Positions 1 through 10,046 are shown, counted from the stretch's first letter. The stretch is DNA of 64,000 bases from an uncultured Candidatus Saccharibacteria bacterium (GCA_964464695.1 CAYXKW010000003.1:10577-74576), one strand, 5' to 3'. The notes: generated by a model not told the origin, from the sequence alone. Program-made: numbers and translations.

Positions 1-2
1 AT

Positions 3-212
3 GAAAAAGGCTGGTTACATGGCAGTGAACAAATCCTGACGAACCTCGCTGAATCAACAACTACCTCATACATTGGAGGAGGTGATACAGTTACGGTTGC
101 TCACAAGCTCGGATTACTTCAAAAATTTAATTTTGTGTCTTTAGGTGGCGGAGCAATGCTTGATTTCTTGTCATCTGGTACACTACCAGGTATAGATGCT
201 GTCACAAAATAA
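3..212 (+). CDS. pgk: Phosphoglycerate kinase, C-terminal part (5' end outside window)
   Basis: Frame 3 reads ...SYIGGGDTVTVAHKLGLLQKFNFVSLGGGAMLDFLSSGTLPGIDAVTK*, containing the PGK GGGDT and SxGGGA motifs. Confidence 0.93.
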   Translation, partial: EKGWLHGSEQILTNLAESTTTSYIGGGDTVTVAHKLGLLQKFNFVSLGGGAMLDFLSSGTLPGIDAVTK

Positions 213-789
213 TTCCTCATCTGTTATAGTAAGTACAGGGGATCATGTAGCGTTAAAAAAGCTTATTTTACAAGCAAAGGCCGGGGACACCGATTCTTTC
301 GGAAAACTTTACCAAGCGCTCTATGTTCCCCTCTATAGATACGTCATCTCTAAATGTCATGACACGGAACTTGCTGTAGATATAAGTCAGCAGACATTTC
401 TTAAGTTTTATGAGGCACTTGCAACATATGAACCAGAAAAGTCACCACTTGCATATCTCTTTACGATTGCAAAAAGACTGCTAATTAATCACAGTGAGAA
501 GAAGACGTTTGAATCTTTTGACGAAACTCTCTTAGAGACCTACAACGATACATCTTCAACAATTCTTGATGAAGCTCATATCAAAAATCTCGCTGAAACA
601 ATAGACACATATCTTCCTTCACTAACAAGTGATGAACAAGAAGTTATACGATTATTTTTCTACTCAGAGTTAAGTTACAAGGAAATTAGTGACGTATTAG
701 AAAAAGAAGAGGCGTACATTCGAAAAATAAAAGAACGTGCGCTCAAAAAACTTCGCATTCTTACAACACATCTCCATGAAACAAACTAA
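196..789 (+). CDS. ECF-type RNA polymerase sigma factor
   Basis: Region 2-like (AKAGDTDSFGKLY...DISQQTFLK...AYLFTIAKRLLIN) and region 4 HTH (LTSDEQEVIRLFFYSELSYKEISDVL); start uncertain. Confidence 0.88.
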   Translation: MLSQNNSSSVIVSTGDHVALKKLILQAKAGDTDSFGKLYQALYVPLYRYVISKCHDTELAVDISQQTFLKFYEALATYEPEKSPLAYLFTIAKRLLINHSEKKTFESFDETLLETYNDTSSTILDEAHIKNLAETIDTYLPSLTSDEQEVIRLFFYSELSYKEISDVLEKEEAYIRKIKERALKKLRILTTHLHETN

Positions 790-1135
790 CTCCCAACCAC
801 AGTCACATATTGAAAAAGCCTTGTCCATGTATAAGGAGAACGTATCGCCGTCAGAAACCTATTTTCAAGCAATACTTTCTCAAATACCAGAGCAACAAAA
901 ACTTAAAGAGGGACGTGCGGTACGTTCCCCGTATAGATGGTTGGCAATTTCACAAATGGTTACCCTCACTGCTGTTATTCTTGCAGTTCTACCTACCTAC
1001 ATTACCCCAACATCAAAAGATGCAGTAGTAAATTCGAGTAATCCATATTATGAGGTAGACAAGCAGATTGAGGCTTTTGAGTCTGCGATTAATAATGAGG
1101 ACTACCAAAATCACCTTAAAGATTACTCTCTTTAA
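776..1135 (+). CDS. Small single-pass membrane protein, candidate anti-sigma factor
   Basis: Overlaps the ECF sigma stop; one TM segment (WLAISQMVTLTAVILAVL); ATG at 776. Confidence 0.55.
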   Translation: MKQTNSQPQSHIEKALSMYKENVSPSETYFQAILSQIPEQQKLKEGRAVRSPYRWLAISQMVTLTAVILAVLPTYITPTSKDAVVNSSNPYYEVDKQIEAFESAINNEDYQNHLKDYSL

Positions 1136-1190
1136 CCTATACCTCATTATATGAGGTATACTCAATAGGACATATATCTTCCACAATTTT

Positions 1191-1841
1191 ATGAAAAAAA
1201 CGACACTCACACTCCTCCTCCTTGCTTCATGCGCACTCCCAGCTATTTCATTTGCTGAGGATGTATCACTAGCACCACAAACCTCTGGAACGGTAACCAC
1301 CTACAGTACTTCAACGGGTAAATCTTTTACGGTATACGGTACTTCCACCCTAGAAATAGAAACAACATACAGTACATCTACTGTAAAATCTTTTACTCTT
1401 TGTTCACAGGAGTCAATTGAAAAACGTGATTCTTCTATTGCTGCTTCTCGGTCAATTTATAATATTGCAATGAACAATGCGCTTACCGAAAGAAAGAACA
1501 AGGAGAAGGAAGCTGTTGCTTTAATTGATATTGATGAGAAAAATGATGCTATCAAGCTTTCTGTTGATACGTACAAACGACAAACAAAGGATGCTCAAAA
1601 TGAGCTTACCGAGGCACGAAAAATTACTTGGGCAAAGTTTGATACTGATGTAAGTACATGTCGTGATATGGAACAAAATCAGTTAACCCAAGAACAAACT
1701 CTTTCTAAAGAGTCCCCAAAAGCTGAATCAAGAATGTTAATGAGCGAACCTGCTTCAAAAGAAATGAAGGCACCAGAAGCAAAGACTTTTCGAGAAACAA
1801 TCAAAATAAAAATAGAAAGTTTTATTTCTTTATTTAATTAA
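1191..1841 (+). CDS. Secreted helical hypothetical protein
   Basis: Signal peptide (MKKTTLTLLLLASCALPAISFA), coiled-coil-like middle. Confidence 0.7.
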   Translation: MKKTTLTLLLLASCALPAISFAEDVSLAPQTSGTVTTYSTSTGKSFTVYGTSTLEIETTYSTSTVKSFTLCSQESIEKRDSSIAASRSIYNIAMNNALTERKNKEKEAVALIDIDEKNDAIKLSVDTYKRQTKDAQNELTEARKITWAKFDTDVSTCRDMEQNQLTQEQTLSKESPKAESRMLMSEPASKEMKAPEAKTFRETIKIKIESFISLFN

Positions 1842-1880
1842 AATTAAAATCCCTTCTGAAATAGAAGGGATTTTAATTTT
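1840..1880. terminator. Bidirectional intrinsic terminator
   Basis: AAAATTAAAATCCCTTCT-GAAAT-AGAAGGGATTTTAATTTT between convergent genes. Confidence 0.8.
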
Positions 1881-2647
1881 TAAATGATGCACTCAACGAC
1901 AACCGGCGCATGATCACTCCCTAAGAAATCATCCATAATGGCAGCCTTTGAATACGCACCCGAAAGCGCTTTACTTACAAATATATAATCAATTCTCCAA
2001 CCAACATTTCTTGCTCGAGCTCCACTTTTTTGATCCCACCAACTGTACCTAACTTCATCTTTATGACCTGTACGAAATGTATCAATATATCCTGCTTCGA
2101 TTACTCTATCAACCCAAGCACGCTCAACAGGGAGGAAACCAATCTGCTTTGCGTTTTCTTTAGGACGAGCAATATCAATTTCACGATGTGCCACATTTAA
2201 GTCGCCGCAAAAAATAACTCTTGTGTGTTTTTTCTCCAACATCTTTACGTATGCTAAAAATTTGTCATAGTACCGAAGTTTGAATTGAAAGTGTTCTTCG
2301 TCTCGTCCTCCGTTTGGGAAATATGCAGTTACAAATGCGAAATCCTTGTAGATGAGCGTTAAGCATCTTCCTTCGCTATCATATTCATCTTCTCCTAGTC
2401 CATAATAGACTTCTTCTGGTTTTACTTTTGTGTACACAGCAACACCAGAGTATCCTTTACGCTCCTTTGAACTATCAAAATATGAAAAATATCCAGCAGG
2501 GGAAATGATTTCTTCTGTTAATTGATCAGGGGTAGATTTTGTTTCTTGAATACCGACAATATCTGCATCACACTTGAGAAGTTCTTGAAATGCGCCTTTT
2601 TTATGAGATGCTCGAATTCCATTTACATTAAAAGAGATTATTTTCAT
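1880..2647 (-). CDS. xth: Exodeoxyribonuclease III
   Basis: MKIISFNVNGIRA, QETK, GYSGVA, GDLNVAH, GWRIDY, GSDHAPV motifs; real start likely ATG at 2647. Confidence 0.96.
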   Translation of the reverse strand: MKIISFNVNGIRASHKKGAFQELLKCDADIVGIQETKSTPDQLTEEIISPAGYFSYFDSSKERKGYSGVAVYTKVKPEEVYYGLGEDEYDSEGRCLTLIYKDFAFVTAYFPNGGRDEEHFQFKLRYYDKFLAYVKMLEKKHTRVIFCGDLNVAHREIDIARPKENAKQIGFLPVERAWVDRVIEAGYIDTFRTGHKDEVRYSWWDQKSGARARNVGWRIDYIFVSKALSGAYSKAAIMDDFLGSDHAPVVVECII

Positions 2648-2742
2648 ATAGTACCCAGTATAGCAAACACATAATTCAATAGTATAAAAAATAAAACCAG
2701 CTAGACATCTCTGTCTGCTGGTAAAAATGCACACCTGGTAAC

Positions 2743-3021
2743 TCAAGAAGAGTTGTCAGCTTTTGGAAGTGAAACATTCCTCCCTGGCACAACTGTCGAA
2801 ATTGCATGCTTATACACCATCTGTGTCACCTGATTTTTCAGCAACACAACGTACTGGTCAAAAGACTCAATCTGACCTTGAAGCTTGATGCCATTCGCCA
2901 AGTAAATTGAGACTGGGATGTTTTCCCTCCGCAAAGCATTCAAAAATGGATCTTGTAAAGGATTTTGTTTGTTTCCTGCTTTGCTTGCTGGTTTGTTTTC
3001 CAATGTAGCTGTAGCGGTCAT
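2743..3021 (-). CDS. hfq: RNA chaperone Hfq with short N-terminal extension
   Basis: [10 protein letters not shown]...[25 protein letters not shown]...[13 protein letters not shown] is the canonical Sm1/Sm2 Hfq core. Confidence 0.97.
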   Translation of the reverse strand: MTATATLENKPASKAGNKQNPLQDPFLNALRRENIPVSIYLANGIKLQGQIESFDQYVVLLKNQVTQMVYKHAISTVVPGRNVSLPKADNSS

Positions 3022-3161
3022 GATGACCTCCCTGTAAAAGTGCTGCTTCGGCGGACGCCTAGCTTACCATAACACTAGTACATATGGATGGATATGTCAA
3101 TACATTCAACAAAAAAGACCCATTATTCCTGGATCTTTTTCGCTACAGATTTTAGGTTTTT

Positions 3162-5228
3162 CTACTGCTCTTCGCTTGTTGTCACTCGTATTATTTTTGT
3201 CTCTTTATTCCCACCTCCACAGTCGTACGTAATATCGGTAGTGTAGGGGATAGCAAGAGTCTTCTTTCCAAGAGCTAACCAATCGGTATCAAAGTGTCCT
3301 GGTGCAACTGTCTTAATTGCAGTCATAATCAGACGGGAGGTCGCAGAATCATTATCATCGGTCTTTTGTGTTTGCAGAATTGAATTGATATTTGTCTGCG
3401 ATGCAACCTGATCAGCTGAACAAGCATTATTTGGACAAACTGACTTTGCGGAAAGTGTACAAGCGTTCGTTGGGAATTTTGTACTCCAAGTGAGTGTTAC
3501 TTTTCCGTTCTTGGCAATTGTAATCGGGGAGATTGTAAGTGAAACTTTTGCTGGAGGTGGTGTAGCATTGTAAAAGCGTACAACTTGGTCCTCCACAGAC
3601 CCATGAATACATTTAATAATATAGTTATCTTCAGTCGATATGTTATTTATAGTTATTGGACCAGAGTAGGGGGTGCTTGGCACAACCACAACACTTCCAC
3701 CACTTCGTGTCACACCATATGATGTTGCTCCGTTACACACCAAATCAATGCTTCCTGGTGGGTAGTATGGTTTTTTCACAACTGCACTTACTACTTGAGG
3801 ATTAGCACACACATTATTAACAGCGTCCCAACTTCCTGCCGTACAAGATGCAGTAACCGTTTTACTATCAAGAAGTGCTCCGTTGTTGTACAAGTAATAG
3901 GATTGTGTCGCTGGACCTCTAACGGTAAGTGATGAAGGCCCTCCTGAGTTTGCATTATATAAGATAGTATTTGCTGCAGGAATGTTAGTAGTGACAGCTG
4001 AAGTACCGCGAGGATTTGCAGTTGACCATGTTGTAGATACGGAACACGTAGTTGCTCCAACAGCTATCTGACAACTTAGCGGACTAATATTCAATGAGCC
4101 AGATGGTAGTGGCTTTGACTCTGCGCAAAGAACACTAGACCCACCACCGGAACCATTACACCACCATTCATATGCATAATAATTTGGAGCTGCACCATTT
4201 GGATAATCAGCAGTTGCTCCAACTGTTCCTGAAGAACATCCATAGTGAACGGCCTGACATGAACCATTTACTACAGGCGTTCCATTTCCACCGCTACCAT
4301 TTCCGCCGTTACCGTCAGCACTACCCCCACCAGTTCCCACATTATTACCAGATCCATCAGACACATTTCCACCAGAACCATCACCTAGATCTGGACCAGA
4401 ACTACCTCCACCTCCATCACTACCACCGCCTGATCCTCCTCCTCCAGCATCATCATCAACCCCGGCATACGCAGTATCGACTAATAGATTAAGAAGGGAT
4501 GACTTCGCACTTCCATTTATAATTTTGATTCCGTTTGCAAGATTAATCATGTTCTCGCTGGTTGCAGATCCTTTAGTGACTGGGTCACTTATGGTAACCC
4601 AATTTGTTACATCAGATTGCTTTCCAATATAGAAAATATAGTATATGGCTGTAAAAGTTTTTCCACCTTCAACGGTAATTGCACATGAAAATGCACGCGA
4701 ACTAAAGCCTGCATCTACCGTCACCGCAATACCAGTGTGATTATCACAGACTGAAGTAAACTTCTTATTTGCTCCAAAATACAAATGAACTAAGTCAGCG
4801 GCCACCTTAAGGGAGAAGGTTGTATTATCAAGATTTTTGTCTTTCCATCCAACACGAATATACGGCTTATCCTGAATGGTATTATTACAAAAACTACCAT
4901 ACACACCGCCATTTTTTGCCTCAGCTGGTGAGCGCATAAATTCTGGATAACATGTAATTCCAGTAAAATTTTCTTTAGGGATATCTAAAGAAAATCCATA
5001 CTTCTCAAATACATGAGTAAATCCAGAAACTGGTGAAGCTGGCACTGTTGTTACAGCAGGCGTGTTCATTTTATCTGCCTCCTTTTTTTGAACAACTGAC
5101 GAATACAATGTAAACACCCCTACAATTCCTGTAATAATAATCACGCCAATAAAAAATACTAAAACTTTTTTGTTTATACCAAAAAATTCCCCTTGTGTGG
5201 TGTCGTTCATAATGTACTTATTATACAC
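3162..5228 (-). CDS. Membrane-anchored surface protein with Gly/Asp-rich linker and Cys-containing beta-rich (Ig-like) C-terminal domains
   Basis: N-terminal TM helix, GGGS-rich linker, repeated LTWST-type motifs; start probably ATG at 5210. Confidence 0.75.
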   Translation of the reverse strand: MYNKYIMNDTTQGEFFGINKKVLVFFIGVIIITGIVGVFTLYSSVVQKKEADKMNTPAVTTVPASPVSGFTHVFEKYGFSLDIPKENFTGITCYPEFMRSPAEAKNGGVYGSFCNNTIQDKPYIRVGWKDKNLDNTTFSLKVAADLVHLYFGANKKFTSVCDNHTGIAVTVDAGFSSRAFSCAITVEGGKTFTAIYYIFYIGKQSDVTNWVTISDPVTKGSATSENMINLANGIKIINGSAKSSLLNLLVDTAYAGVDDDAGGGGSGGGSDGGGGSSGPDLGDGSGGNVSDGSGNNVGTGGGSADGNGGNGSGGNGTPVVNGSCQAVHYGCSSGTVGATADYPNGAAPNYYAYEWWCNGSGGGSSVLCAESKPLPSGSLNISPLSCQIAVGATTCSVSTTWSTANPRGTSAVTTNIPAANTILYNANSGGPSSLTVRGPATQSYYLYNNGALLDSKTVTASCTAGSWDAVNNVCANPQVVSAVVKKPYYPPGSIDLVCNGATSYGVTRSGGSVVVVPSTPYSGPITINNISTEDNYIIKCIHGSVEDQVVRFYNATPPPAKVSLTISPITIAKNGKVTLTWSTKFPTNACTLSAKSVCPNNACSADQVASQTNINSILQTQKTDDNDSATSRLIMTAIKTVAPGHFDTDWLALGKKTLAIPYTTDITYDCGGGNKETKIIRVTTSEEQ

Positions 5229-5328
5229 TCTGGTTAACAGTAAGTTTCAAGTTCTTATCCACCTCTAACATAAATAAGAAAAAGCCGAGCTACACAAGTA
5301 ACAAGGCTTTTTTTATGCTCAGATACAT

Positions 5329-5940
5329 TTAATCCTGGGCTTTTATTTTTCGTATTCCTTTTGCAATCTCTACCATTTTATCGACGGTAGCAGTACCGGG
5401 ATTATTGGAATCACTGATAGTAACCCAGTGAACGACATTTTTAGGAGTTTTGCTAATAGCAAAGAGGTAGTAGAGTATCTTAAACGACTTACCACCTTCG
5501 ACATGCACATCACACGAAAATGCTGTTGACTTAAAGTCTTGACCCTCTGGGTAAAAATGTGAGCCGACCGCAAACTCAATTCCAGTTCTGTTATTGCAAA
5601 CGAACTTGAACTTCTTTACTTCATTGTTGTAACTGATCCAAACAATGTTCCGAGTCATCCAAAGGGATAAGTCAGTATTGTTGTCAGCTCTCACACTCCA
5701 CCCTACCTGAACAAACAGATCACTATTGACCCGATTCTTACACAGGGTTCCAAAGGTCCTTGCCGCTGTTGGCTCAGGCGGTGAGTCGACGAGATTTTTT
5801 TCACAATACAAAGTTGGGACACTTGGTGCATCAAGCACGAAGTTATTTTTTGGAAATTCGTGTGTTGTTTCACCGGCTATGCTCTGTGGCACAGCAAAGA
5901 AACACCCAATCACGAAAATAATTACACTAACCATCTCCAT
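5329..5940 (-). CDS. Secreted protein, paralog of the N-terminal domain of the adjacent 688-aa protein
   Basis: Shared motifs: C..VGW, VC(N/D)NxTGI, AFSC..VEGGK, WVTISD; AGGAG SD before ATG at 5940. Confidence 0.75.
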   Translation of the reverse strand: MEMVSVIIFVIGCFFAVPQSIAGETTHEFPKNNFVLDAPSVPTLYCEKNLVDSPPEPTAARTFGTLCKNRVNSDLFVQVGWSVRADNNTDLSLWMTRNIVWISYNNEVKKFKFVCNNRTGIEFAVGSHFYPEGQDFKSTAFSCDVHVEGGKSFKILYYLFAISKTPKNVVHWVTISDSNNPGTATVDKMVEIAKGIRKIKAQD

Positions 5941-6065
5941 GATTAAACTCCTGTTTAAAAGGAAACACACTGGGAACTCTGCTATTTATTATACACTATA
6001 TATTGCGTATTTGTCAAGATTTAATTTTACACAAAACTGTCGTTTTATACGCTATACTTTTATAA

Positions 6066-7286
6066 ATGTCTAAATGTATCGAGGTAAAAAAAATTACACG
6101 ATGTGCTCTTATTAAATGGAAGTATCTTGTTATAGCACTTACCTGTGTTATATTTTTTCAATTTCTAACGGAACCCAGAATTCCAGGTATTCTACTATAT
6201 CTAGTTCGACATACTCACGCAAATGGTGCATATGATTATGTGTATTATCCAAAAGACGATTTTAGTGGTTATTCCTATAATTTAATTAGGCATTCTGCAA
6301 CAACTTATGTACTAGCATCGTATCTACATGAGCACCCAATCTACACAAAACTATTCATACACCGTGTCCGGGAATCACTTACATTCCTTGATAGATATCA
6401 AGTACCTTGCGCTCCTAAAATACAAAATTCTCCAATGTGTCTCGTTATTAGCTCGGACCCTCCAACACTTGCTGCAAACGCTTTTACAATTATGGCATTC
6501 CATGCAGTTACACAGTTGCATGGAATTACCGAAGATGAAAAGAAAAGCAATCTCCAAAAAATGATCATGCTTGAAAAATATCTCTCGGCATCTTTTCAAA
6601 AAAATAAGCTCGTCTTTCCTCCACTCACAGACCCAGTTAGTAAACGATATCAGGAAGGACAAGTACTCCTTGCGTGGAGTGTTCTCTACAAAGCAACTGG
6701 TGATATATCATACTTACAAAAGGCGCAGCATCTACGAGATGATATTCTTACTCGACTTACTAATGAGCATGATTATATATTACACCATTGGTTCTGGTTA
6801 GGTTTACAAGAGTATCATCTTATAACAGGTGATTCACTTTCTCAAGAAGAGTTTGAATATCTTACTCGGGCTGCAAATCAAGCACTGTCACTGCAAATTA
6901 ATGAAAAAAACAACCTTCTCTACGGAACGTTCACTAAAGAAAATTCAAAAATAATAAGAACAGATTCATCAGATGAGACAGATGATCCATTAGATCCCTC
7001 CTCATTCTCCGTACGAATCGAAGGATTTGGAACTCTCCTTTCGTTACTTTCATTTAATTCTAATAAAACATGTGCTCCAACTGAACTATGTAGAAATCTC
7101 AAAGAGGGAATACACCTAGCGGCTAAACCATTTTATTCAGCACAAATAAACTTCTTAGATATATTACATGGTTTTTCTTTAAAATCATTTGGCGGGATTC
7201 CCGCGCGACAAAAAGATTCTATGATACAAATTGATTACCTACAACACGCACTCTCAGCATATTTAGTTATTCAAAAATATAAATGA
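6066..7286 (+). CDS. Membrane-anchored hypothetical protein, possible (alpha/alpha)-barrel enzyme
   Basis: N-terminal TM; YNLIRHSATTYVL, HHWF and C-terminal IDYLQHALSA motifs; helical; fold is inferred. Confidence 0.55.
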   Translation: MSKCIEVKKITRCALIKWKYLVIALTCVIFFQFLTEPRIPGILLYLVRHTHANGAYDYVYYPKDDFSGYSYNLIRHSATTYVLASYLHEHPIYTKLFIHRVRESLTFLDRYQVPCAPKIQNSPMCLVISSDPPTLAANAFTIMAFHAVTQLHGITEDEKKSNLQKMIMLEKYLSASFQKNKLVFPPLTDPVSKRYQEGQVLLAWSVLYKATGDISYLQKAQHLRDDILTRLTNEHDYILHHWFWLGLQEYHLITGDSLSQEEFEYLTRAANQALSLQINEKNNLLYGTFTKENSKIIRTDSSDETDDPLDPSSFSVRIEGFGTLLSLLSFNSNKTCAPTELCRNLKEGIHLAAKPFYSAQINFLDILHGFSLKSFGGIPARQKDSMIQIDYLQHALSAYLVIQKYK

Positions 7287-7296
7287 TCTCAAAAAT

Positions 7297-8256
7297 TTAC
7301 ACATCATTCTTTCCTTTCTTCCCGTGGAACTTCTCGAATTGATCACGAAGAAACTTATTCGTAACATTCGTATAAATTTGTGTAGTTGCAATTGACGCAT
7401 GTCCAAGCATAAGCTGTACAGTACGGAGGTCAGCTCCATTATACAAAAGATCTGTTGCAAATGAGTGGCGTAAAACGTGAGGCGTACATTTCTTCGCAAT
7501 TCCGGCACGTTCTGCATATTTTTGCACTACACGCTCAACAGAACGAGGAGTGAGTCTCACTGATTCTTCCTTTACCATTCGAGCATGGGCACGAGGAGAG
7601 TGGTCGATAAACATTGCTTCATCAATATCAACTCTATTTTTCAAATATTTCTGAACAGCCATAAGTGCACCACCCGAAACGAACACAACACGTATCTTGC
7701 CTCCTTTTCCACGCACAGATATTTCACCAGTTCCTAATTCTGTGTCTCTATCTAATGAACACAACTCTGACACTCGAAGTCCTGTTGAGAAAAATAACTC
7801 GAGCATCGCCTTATCACGAAGACCCGCAATTGTTGATTCGTCCGGTGCTGCCAAAAGGTTCATAAGCTCTCGCTCAGATATCAAATCAAGCTCACGTTGT
7901 TGTGTCTTTGCTAACTCAATTCTTTCTGGATCATATCCTTGGATGCCTTTTTTACGAATATATTTAAAAAATGCTCGAAGTGCAATTAAATGATAGTTTT
8001 GTGTTTTCTTGTCCAATGTTTCTTGGACCTGCCCTCGCTTTGCCTCACGCGCTGGATGACGATTAAGGAAAACACGGTACTCTCGCATCATTGGCTCATT
8101 AATATCAGTCGGGGATTCAATACCGGAATGCTTATTAGCAAAGTCTAAAAAACGCGTAAGATAGTGATCGTAATTACGAACAGTGAGAGCACTACGACCT
8201 TTTTCGATTTCAATATACTGAAGGAAATCTTGCTTGAGTGTAAAAAGGGAGGACAT
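7297..8256 (-). CDS. XerC/XerD-family tyrosine recombinase
   Basis: TGLRVSEL, GKGGK, TPHVLRHSFATDLL, LGHASIATTQIYT; real start likely ATG at 8256 (MSSLF), not 8664. Confidence 0.93.
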   Translation of the reverse strand: MSSLFTLKQDFLQYIEIEKGRSALTVRNYDHYLTRFLDFANKHSGIESPTDINEPMMREYRVFLNRHPAREAKRGQVQETLDKKTQNYHLIALRAFFKYIRKKGIQGYDPERIELAKTQQRELDLISERELMNLLAAPDESTIAGLRDKAMLELFFSTGLRVSELCSLDRDTELGTGEISVRGKGGKIRVVFVSGGALMAVQKYLKNRVDIDEAMFIDHSPRAHARMVKEESVRLTPRSVERVVQKYAERAGIAKKCTPHVLRHSFATDLLYNGADLRTVQLMLGHASIATTQIYTNVTNKFLRDQFEKFHGKKGKNDV

Positions 8257-8383
8257 AGTGGGCAATGACGAAGGAGTAGACCTCCAGTATATACCAACGT
8301 CGTACAATATTATGTGGAGAATGACTATATATGTATAGATAGGGGATATACTACCTAATAGTAGTACTTTATAGGAGTTTGGT

Positions 8384-8770
8384 GTGCGGAAACTATTCAG
8401 GTGGATTCTTTTTTCTTGTGGGACACTCTTCACACTTATCGGAATAGTGGGGATTTTTATACCGTTACTTCCAACGGTTCCATTTATCATTCTTGCGTCA
8501 ATTTGTTTCGCAAAAAGCTCACCCAAAGCATATGAATGGCTTATAACCAATTCATACACAGGTGAAACAGTGCGACATTTTGAAAAAACGAGGCGAGTGG
8601 TGATTCCAACAAAAATAAAAATTATCGTGATCAGCTCTCTAGTCTTAAGCTCGTATGTGATCATTCAGAGGCAAAACAATGAACTTTTGATATTTTTGCT
8701 CATTTCGATACTATTTTTGGTTGGATGTTACATTCTTTCAAGACCAAATAGTGCCAAAAACCAAAAATAA
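8384..8770 (+). CDS. YbaN/DUF454 family membrane protein
   Basis: GIVGIFIPLLPTVPFIILASICFAKSSP motif. Confidence 0.85.
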   Translation: MRKLFRWILFSCGTLFTLIGIVGIFIPLLPTVPFIILASICFAKSSPKAYEWLITNSYTGETVRHFEKTRRVVIPTKIKIIVISSLVLSSYVIIQRQNNELLIFLLISILFLVGCYILSRPNSAKNQK

Positions 8771-8929
8771 AGAGTATTTTTTAACTTCATAACCACGCCT
8801 ACAGCGTGGTTATCTTATGTTTATCGGTTTATATACAAAAAAACCATTATACAAAGAGGTCCGGGGTGGGGTTGCAATTTTATAAAATGTGTGCTATACT
8901 ATGTCAATAGTTACTAAATACTACTTTAT

Positions 8930-9193
8930 ATGCTTACTCCTCGAAAAAAGGCAACAGCCATCAAAAACGTTCAAATTCATGCTACAGATACAGGATCTCC
9001 TGAGGTTCAAGTATCTATTTTAAGCAAGAAAATCACTGAACTCACTGGACATCTCAAGGTCCATGCAAAGGATAACCACTCACGACGTGGTCTTATCCAA
9101 ATGGTAGCTGATCGCCGTGTACATCTTAAGTATCTCGAAGCAACTAACAAAAAGCGATACACTGCTTTAGTTACCAAGCTCGGACTTAAGTAA
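8930..9193 (+). CDS. rpsO: 30S ribosomal protein S15
   Basis: DTGSPEVQVSIL...HAKDNHSRRGL. Confidence 0.97.
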   Translation: MLTPRKKATAIKNVQIHATDTGSPEVQVSILSKKITELTGHLKVHAKDNHSRRGLIQMVADRRVHLKYLEATNKKRYTALVTKLGLK

Positions 9194-9209
9194 TAAACAT
9201 TTTTTTACA

Positions 9210-9242
9210 AGATAAGCGCCACCCTACGGGTGGCGCTTATCT
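9210..9242 (+). terminator. Terminator hairpin after rpsO
   Basis: AGATAAGCGCCACCC-TAC-GGGTGGCGCTTATCT. Confidence 0.75.
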
Positions 9243-9395
9243 ACAGAAATAAAGCGGAGTTACATCTTTGTGCAGTATACTAACTATAGTTTTTCATTTT
9301 TAATATTTAATTAATCAATTTTGGTTATTTGTATTCACACAGCATTAAGCAATATCAGCTAGTGCCTCAGGTTACAATATACCGACTATCTATAT

Positions 9396-10037
9396 ATGAC
9401 AGTCATCAAACACAGCGACCAGCGTGTCGCAATTTTTATTGATACACAAAACTTGTATCACAGTGCAAAAAATCTTTACAATACAAAAGTAAATTTTGGC
9501 GCAATTATGGAGACCGTAACCGGTAAACGTAAACTTATTCGTGCTCTCGCATATGTTATTACAACTGAAGCAGGGGATGAAACACAATTTTTTGAAGCAC
9601 TCACAAAGCTTGGAATTGAAACAAAAACAAAAGATCTCCAAATATTTTATGGAGGTGCTAAAAAAGCCGACTGGGATGTTGGTATGGCGGTGGACGCTAT
9701 TCGTATTGCGCCAAAAGTTGATACGATAGTACTCGCAACAGGGGATGGAGATTTTGTGCCACTTGTTAATTTTCTCAAGGAACACTTTGGTGTCCAGGTG
9801 GAAGTAATTTCATTTGGTAGATCATCATCAACTAAACTTCGCGAAGCATGTGAAGATTTTATTGATATGTGTGACCAACCAGAGAAGTTCCTCATGGGGT
9901 ACAGAGTCAGGAGACCTGCACCAAAAAAGGGGAAGACTCGTGATACCAGCGTCAAAAAATCAGTCCGCAAAGAATATTCAGATGAAGACTTGGGAATTTT
10001 TAGCGGGGAAAGTCCTTCGGGAGAAACAAAGAATTAA
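9396..10037 (+). CDS. NYN domain protein (LabA/DUF88)
   Basis: FIDTQNLY, KADWDVGMAVD, LATGDGDFVPLV motifs. Confidence 0.92.
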   Translation: MTVIKHSDQRVAIFIDTQNLYHSAKNLYNTKVNFGAIMETVTGKRKLIRALAYVITTEAGDETQFFEALTKLGIETKTKDLQIFYGGAKKADWDVGMAVDAIRIAPKVDTIVLATGDGDFVPLVNFLKEHFGVQVEVISFGRSSSTKLREACEDFIDMCDQPEKFLMGYRVRRPAPKKGKTRDTSVKKSVRKEYSDEDLGIFSGESPSGETKN

Positions 10038-10046
10038 AAAGAAGTA

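Noticed and set aside
7297-8256. Prophage integrase or integron integrase
   Set aside because: Looks like a housekeeping XerC/D; no phage genes or att sites nearby, and no IntI-specific insertion recognised. A trans role at the tRNA array is not excluded.
8257-8664. N-terminal extension of the recombinase ORF
   Set aside because: It is the antisense of the YbaN-like gene; homology begins at the ATG at 8256.
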